Under the pieces are notes generated by a model. The model worked only from the letters and a program-made list of their open reading frames with translations. It searched no databases and had not been told where the DNA came from. The position numbers and the translations under genes were made by a program. From Octopus bimaculoides (Eukaryota): a stretch of DNA of 42,862 bases. Below are positions 35,379 to 42,862 of this stretch, in pieces. The stretch covers positions 82,512,203-82,555,064 of the forward strand of contig NC_068983.1 in NCBI RefSeq assembly GCF_001194135.2, in the 5' to 3' direction. Within the stretch, counting starts at the first letter, position 1. Each line of letters opens with the position of its first letter.

Positions 35379-35575
35379 AAGGGGTGCTGAAAAGTTCCTG
35401 CATTTGGGTAAAAGAAATACAAGAGGACCAGTTAATTATGATTTTAGTCATTATATTCTCCTCTCAGATTCACACACTTATTGCAGCGGCCCTTCAGTTT
35501 TTCTAGTCCTCTAAAGGAACTCGGAAGACCCTTCGCGACACCCTTAAAGCCAGGAATTTTTCAGCACTCCCTCCG
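35379..35575. mobile_element. ~200-bp mariner-derived MITE
   Basis: Terminal inverted repeats ..GGGGTGCTGAAAAGTTCCTG and CAGGAATTTTTCAGCACTCCCTCCG|TA, no ORF, TA context. Confidence 0.8.
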
Positions 35576-35697
35576 TATATATACAGATATACACACGAAT
35601 GTATATATCTGCTGGCAATTGTATACACATATACAGATGCCTATTTAACTACGTTACGTATACAAAAATAACGTAAACGATAAAGATCACTCTATAA

Positions 35698-35747
<50 letters not shown>

Positions 35748-36257
35748 NNNNNNNNNNNNNNNNNNNNNNNNNNNNNNNNNNNNNNNNNNNNNNNNNNNNN
35801 NNNNNNNNNNNNNNNNNNNNNNNNNNNNNNNNNNNNNNNNNNNNNNNNNNNNNNNNNNNNNNNNNNNNNNNNNNNNNNNNNNNNNNNNNNNNNNNNNNNN
35901 NNNNNNNNNNNNNNNNNNNNNNNNNNNNNNNNNNNNNNNNNNNNNNNNNNNNNNNNNNNNNNNNNNNNNNNNNNNNNNNNNNNNNNNNNNNNNNNNNNNN
36001 NNNNNNNNNNNNNNNNNNNNNNNNNNNNNNNNNNNNNNNNNNNNNNNNNNNNNNNNNNNNNNNNNNNNNNNNNNNNNNNNNNNNNNNNNNNNNNNNNNNN
36101 NNNNNNNNNNNNNNNNNNNNNNNNNNNNNNNNNNNNNNNNNNNNNNNNNNNNNNNNNNNNNNNNNNNNNNNNNNNNNNNNNNNNNNNNNNNNNNNNNNNN
36201 NNNNNNNNNNNNNNNNNNNNNNNNNNNNNNNNNNNNNNNNNNNTATGTACATATATG

Positions 36258-36357
<100 letters not shown>

Positions 36358-36639
36358 CATGTATATATAGATGTGTGCATGCGCGCGCATGTGTGTGTAA
36401 GCATACATATAGTTATGTAAAAATCCATTGGTCTGAATAAAACTAGCACTCATATTGATGAATAAAGTGAGTATATTATAAATAAAATAGAATATTATAT
36501 CCTCATATCAGCAACTTTACCAATTGGTTCGGAGGATATTAACTTGTAGGGTGAGGTTAGAGCTGAGATGAAGCCAGGCTGGAGTAGAGATGCGAAGAGA
36601 CCTAGGAATAGTGATAGGGAATAGTAGTGAGGATTAATT

Positions 36640-37475
36640 GTATACTTTTAGATATGCTTAACAAAAAATTCTCCTCAACTAGCTTTGGCTTCTATAGGGA
36701 CAATGCTTTAGTAATATCGAGAAGGCTGAACGGCCACACACCAATACGCTTAGGAAAAATCTAGCCTATACCTTTAACCATATTGGTCTTAAAGTCAAAC
36801 AAAAGCCAATCGCAAGGTGGTTGTTTTCTTAGATGTGACGTTGGAGTTAGAAACTGGTGCTCATTAAACCTTTCGAAAATTGAATAAAAAGGCTAACTTG
36901 TAAGCTCCTGCTATTCAGGCATAGTTTTACAGGAACCTAGTCAAAAATGTCAGCAGAAGAATCTCCAAATTATCTTCGAGCAATGTGATTTTCGATACCG
37001 CTGGTCCAGTGTACCATTGGCCACCAGTTTAAGATTAGGTATATTTTCGACCTTATCCCCATCAAAAGAAAATGCCATCGTACAATCATATGGCCTAAAT
37101 TCCCAGTTTCTCTGTATGTAAAATTCCTGTAAGTAGGCTTTTTGTTTTTTAGTTTAGTCGATAAGCACTTTCCTTAAATGCATACATGCGGGAAAATATT
37201 CTTCAATAAACCTACATTGGGCGTCTCTTTTAGATATGCTTCTAGCATTAAGAGAATATCATTAAGAGGGAGAAAAGACTAAAACAGAGGCAGGCTGATC
37301 ATGCAGAGGCTTCGGTAGATGCCAACTTAACGGACATTGCAATGCAGAAACCATTGTGTATGAGATGGAGATAGTGTCAGAGAATCCCAATAGGACGATG
37401 GACGTGCAAAAATATGTGGACACGACAGAAGGTCCCTTCAGAATCAAATTCAACAACGGTTCATCTTCATCCAAG
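36640..37475 (+). mobile_element. Decayed Penelope-like element of the YRDDG type (RT and GIY-YIG)
   Basis: GFYRDNAL, VFLDVTL, SRRISKLSS and CQLNGHCNAETIVYEMEIV..KYVDTTEGPFRIKFNN (GIY-YIG-like). Confidence 0.75.
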
Positions 37476-37651
37476 TAAAGTGAAATATTACATCACTATC
37501 ATGGTACCAGTCTCTTTTTTCTTTTTTTATTTTGCTTGGGGAAAGGGGACAGGCACGTCTTCCTCGAGGAAATGATCCGCCAAGAGACGTCCTTTTCTGC
37601 ACATCAAATTCAATCTTACCTTGCTTCACCCACTGTTTTTGTAATATCTAA

Positions 37652-37884
37652 ATATCTTTATCTTTTATCTTTTACTTGTTTCAGTCATTTCACTGTGGCC
37701 ATGCTGGAGCACCGCCTCTAGTCGAGCGAATCGACCTCAGGACTTATTCTTTGGAAGCCTAGTACTTATTCTATCGGTCACTTTTGCCGTACCGCTAAGT
37801 TACGGTGACATAAACACACCACCATCGGTTATCAAGCGTTGTTAGGGGGACAAACACAGACGCACAAACATATACACACACATT

Positions 37885-37918
<34 letters not shown>

Positions 37919-38092
37919 TACATATATACGACGGGCTTCTTTCAGTTTCCGTCTACCAAATCCACTCACAAGGCTTTGGTTGGTCCGAGGCTATAGTAGA
38001 AGACACTTGCCTAAGGTGCCACGCAGTGGGACTGAATCCAGAACCATGTGGCTGGTAAGCAAGCTACTTACCACACAGCCACTCCTGCGTCT
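37652..38092 (-). mobile_element. Near full-length SINE family B
   Basis: A box TGGCTGTGTGG, B-box-like GATTCAGTCCC, internal (TA)/(TATG) repeat and a (AAAAGAT)n tail. Confidence 0.92.
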
Positions 38093-40484
38093 ATATATTT
38101 AAGTTTTGCTGATTCATGTTGTATTGTACATAAAATGTATATTGTTTAATGAATGACAAGTTGTCAAAAACACGAATATGCAAATTACGTAATTCAGGTC
38201 TGTGCTAACCTTACTCACGCTTGTTTTATATAACGACCTTAAGAGTCTATACTATTGATTGTTGAAGGAACCCGTTAGTGTCATTCAGTCATTGGCAAGC
38301 ATTCTGACAATGTTTACTCTCTGAAGGTATCAATATCTCTTGCCCCTTTTTTCCATAGCGGACTTGAAGATCCTGCAGAAATGTCATGGTCATTTCTTTT
38401 ATGCAGCATGCAGTTGTGTTAATTTTTTGCAAAGAAGCGTCGCCGTATGCATTTCAGTCTATATTATTTACAATATATCAGATACGTGTTAGCTACTTAC
38501 ATCTGTTTTCTGAAGCAATAATGAACTTTTGGCAAAGCATTCTGCTTTAAAATAAAATAAAACAAAATATAGACCTGCACTGTATTGACACACATTTGAA
38601 TTTGAGAATACATCTTGATAAAAAGTAAAAATTGGTGTAAAATATAATTTTAAAAAATGACAAATCTTTGAATTTTTTTCAAAAAAAGTCTATGAATCTG
38701 TTTTTATCTTCCCTTTGTTGTTTCTATCTTGCCATTTTTATTAATTTTACCTCGATATTTTATATCAATTTTTATATCTACGTTTGCAAGAATGTCTAAC
38801 GTTTTTGTATAAATATATGCTAGTTTTAACGTATATTTTTCAACCATTTTCGTCATACTTTTAGATTGATTTTCATTTGTTACGTCATTTTTCATGTATT
38901 TTTAAAGATTCCTGTACCAGGTGGATGATTTTGTAATCTCACACATTTGAACGGGTTCATATGTTTGTTCGCTTGGAGAGACAGTCATAACTAACCACTT
39001 TTACAGCTGATTTTCAAATCAATAAAGGAAAATGCTATGAAATCGCTTGATTAGCTAGAAATAGCAGCCGGATTTTCTTGAAAATCAAATCCTATTTATC
39101 TTAAAAGCAGTAGCATAGCTCACAAATTAGAATGAGTTATGTAATGAAAAAGACAGAAAGCGAGAGAGGGTTGATTGTAAGAGGTTTTTAAAATCTATAT
39201 CGGTATGAATTATTGCAAATAAATACTTAGAAAGAAAAGTTCCCAGAGTAGTTAAGAATTGCTAAGAAAAGAAATCCTTTGGCGAAACTAGTTTCAATCG
39301 TATTTTAGGATTTCACCAGTGATTGAGGTGTAGATTTGATTATGATTTATAGATAAATTCTGTAACAGAATTGTTCTGTTCAAAGATATCACAACGTGCT
39401 TCCATCTGTCCACAATGTCCGGTATAATTTACAGTTTATAGATATAAGCATGGGAACTTGGAAATATATAGAGATTATCCAAATTATTTCAGTAATATCG
39501 ATTACCAGCACAATCACAAGTCCTCAACTTTTGGGAATGAACATACACATATGCATGTACTCAAAACATACACTGTGTATATTCTAGTAGAAGCTAAATC
39601 TTATTGAATCATAACTCTGAGTTTCATGTCACCAAATATTCAATCTCTTCATCTAGGGAATCGGCATAAAATATTGCCATACTGTCGGGGTGAAACTCAG
39701 AGTAGACTCTCATTCTTTGATAAAATAAACACACGTATTGTGTGTGAACACACATATTATGTGTGCATGCCTATGTGTGCGCGCGTGCGAGAGTATGATG
39801 GTGGTGACAATCATGATATATCAATTAATAAAATTAATAAAAACCTGGAATCTGACCCATGCCAACGCTAGATTGAACTTTGACGCATGGAAACATTCTT
39901 TTTCTCTGAACAATAACACTGTCTGGTTCCCTGGTTATCGATGTGAAAAAGAACACACAAACACATTTCGATAACAGTATTTTAAAACCAAAATTACTCG
40001 CATACATGTATATATTATGCATCTACGTATATATTCATTTTAATCATGATTACATTTACATATAATATATGTGAATGACATATACATTGGCATAAATATA
40101 ATTGTCTGTGTATACCTTTTTGAAAAGGATTTGGTGGAGTTTAGGCTTTTCTCTATAACATCTACATTTCCTTACTTTTGAAGCCTAATCAGGAAGCGTG
40201 TAATGGCTAGAAGGCAGTGAGTTGTGACAGGAAGCTGGAGGTTAAATAATGTTCCTGTTTGTAAAAAAGTTGATGTTAACCATATGGGAAGAAGATAGCA
40301 TTTCCAGCCTTTTAGAGCTTCCTGCTACGATCTTTCGACAGATTGTAACAGATATTAAACAAAAAATACTTTACATTATGATCTTTTGTTCTTCAGAGAA
40401 CGGAACAGCACGATTTAGACCACTTGTTTTCGATACTTAAACTATCTGCAAATGGTTAAAAAGTACGGAGTTAATACTAGGTTA

Positions 40485-41707
40485 TTAGGTTGTCAAGAAA
40501 GTTCTTGCAGTTTTTAACCTTTAAATTCAGATGCACATATCTCAGCTCAAACAAAACTTTATTAATCGAAATAAATATCGGAATCAACACACTTTTGCGA
40601 ACGCGAAACAAGTTTATTTATGCCAGTAGTGTAAAAATCCTGCATTCTGGTGGCGATGAAGTCGTTGAAGGCGTGTTTGGCATCGTCTTGGCTTTTGAAG
40701 CATTTCTCACGCAGGTGGTTGCCGAGATGCTTGAAATAGTGATGGTCGGTAGGTGAGAGGTCTGGTGAGTATGGCGGGNNNNNNNNNNGAGAAGAATTGG
40801 TCCTTTTCTATTGACCAATGCTGAGTGTTGTTGTCGGAGTTTCTTATGCATTTCATTCATATGCTGACACTACTTCTCCGCCGTAATGGTTTCGCCTGGA
40901 TTCAAAAAGCTGTGATGAGTGAGACCGGCCGCAGACCACCAAACAGTCACCATGGCCTTCTTTTGGTGCAACTTTGGCTTCGGTAAGTGTCGTGGAGCTT
41001 CGTCGGTGTCCAACCGCTGAGCTGAGCGTCGCCGGTTGTCGTAAAGATTCCACTTTTCATCGCAAGTCACAATCCAGTAGAGAAACGGGTCGTTCTTGTT
41101 GCGTAAAAGAAGGGAAGATGACACTTCAAAACGGCGTTTTTTTTTTTTTTTTTTTTTTTTTTTGGTTGTCGTTCAATTCGTGCGGCACCTATTTCTCATG
41201 TATTTTTGTTTTTCCAATCTCTTTCAAATGGTTGGAAATTGTCGTATACGTTACGTCTAATTCAGAAACAACTCTCGAACAGTTGTGCGTTGATTAACTT
41301 CGACTAAGGCTCTTAGTTGATCATTGTCAACATCCGATGGCCGACAACTACGCTTATCCTCTTCAAGACTCTCGGCACCGCTACGAAATGTCTTGAACCA
41401 CCATTGTGCAGTACGTTCATTAGAGGTTCCTGGGTCAAACGCATCGTTGATATCACGAGCTCTTCGGCCTAGTTTGAACTGGAATAAGAAAATTTTGTGA
41501 ATTTGCTTTTTGTCCATGTTGTATTCAATGTTCCGGAAAAAAATGGACTAGTTATTCAAAAAGAAAAAGAGTAACACGATTAGATAGAGCGAAAAACGGG
41601 CTTAAAAATGATATATAAAGTCAAAGTAATTTAACGAAAATTAATTTGAAAATACATTATTTAAAACCAAAATTAAAAATTCCGCAAGAATTTTCGTGAC
41701 AACCTAA
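40485..41707 (-). mobile_element. Full-length defective mariner (Hsmar1/cecropia-like terminal repeats), TA target duplication
   Basis: TA|TTAGGTTGTCAAGAAAGTTCTTGC..GCAAGAATTTTCGTGACAACCTAA|TA. Transposase from 41517: MDKKQI.., [22 protein letters not shown]. An expanded poly-A run at 41136-41162 and a 10-N gap are present. Confidence 0.93.
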
Positions 41708-41770
41708 TATATATTTCTTAACATACGTGTGTGTATTAGAATACGTATAAAACATACAAACATAAATGTA

Positions 41771-42258
<488 letters not shown>

Positions 42259-42862
42259 ATATAAATATATACGTGCACATGTACATACACGCCTATTTAC
42301 GCGCATATACACGTGTATAAATGAACATTACTGGCTCCAGTTAAGAACCGGGGGAGTAATCCGATTTGTAAGGCTGATGTACTGTTCGTTAATACACTGG
42401 GTACAATGCTATCACCATATTTGTGATTTAACGGACAATAATATGTATACATATAAAGCAGAGAACTGGATTCATAGAATCAAACAGTACTCATAATACC
42501 GACTTCGTAAGGAATCGGGTATTAGTTCACATGGTAATTAAACAACGACGTAGTTTAACTTGTTCATACAACCGAAAATCCAAGTTACACAGATAGTAAA
42601 TATTTGTGTATGCTGGACAGTAAATATTTACCTCCGGAGTAAATAGTGATCAGTGAGTTGAATTCTGAATATATCAGTCATGTTCCGATTCTTTTGTTTT
42701 TTATTCTTTAAATTGTTTCAGTCATTTGATTGTCGTTTTTTTTCTGCTATTTTGGTGATGATTTTTTGAGTTAGCTTACCAGTTATTTTTGTTGGTAGTT
42801 AATTTATAATATATTGAAATATATATATATAATAAATATAATATAATATGTATAATGTATAT

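Noticed and set aside
39317-39359. LRR-like peptide LQNLSINHNQI with possible splice sites (minus strand)
   Set aside because: A single short motif with a weak donor, a length unlike typical 72-nt LRR exons, and no neighbouring repeats.

Overview
AT-rich eukaryotic draft-assembly sequence. It has many (TA)n/(CA)n/(AAT)n/(GAT)n microsatellites and about 15 N-gaps. The repeat content looks like an octopus (cephalopod) genome; this is inferred from the SINE families and composition, not proven. No intact protein-coding gene, rRNA, tRNA or CRISPR array can be supported, and most ORFs in the supplied track are microsatellite or N artefacts, or pieces of dead transposons. The window is intronic or intergenic and packed with mobile elements: about 10 5'-truncated R4/Dong-like non-LTR retrotransposons with a restriction-like endonuclease (RLE), mostly tied to (TAA)n tracts; three tRNA-derived SINE families; a ~560-bp non-coding element with an (AAT)n tail in three copies; Penelope-like fragments; two full-length and one partial mariner plus a MITE; and an RTE-like 3' end with C2H2 fingers. 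The most notable unexplained signals are: (1) three decayed copies of a repeat at 20.3-21.5 kb that together reconstruct a minimal type I hammerhead ribozyme; (2) a ~390-codon decayed reading frame (13158-11555, minus) that stays in frame once a SINE is removed; (3) a 30-bp-stem hairpin at 31202-31268; (4) a minisatellite made from a SINE 5' end; (5) weak candidate exons of an unidentified minus-strand gene.
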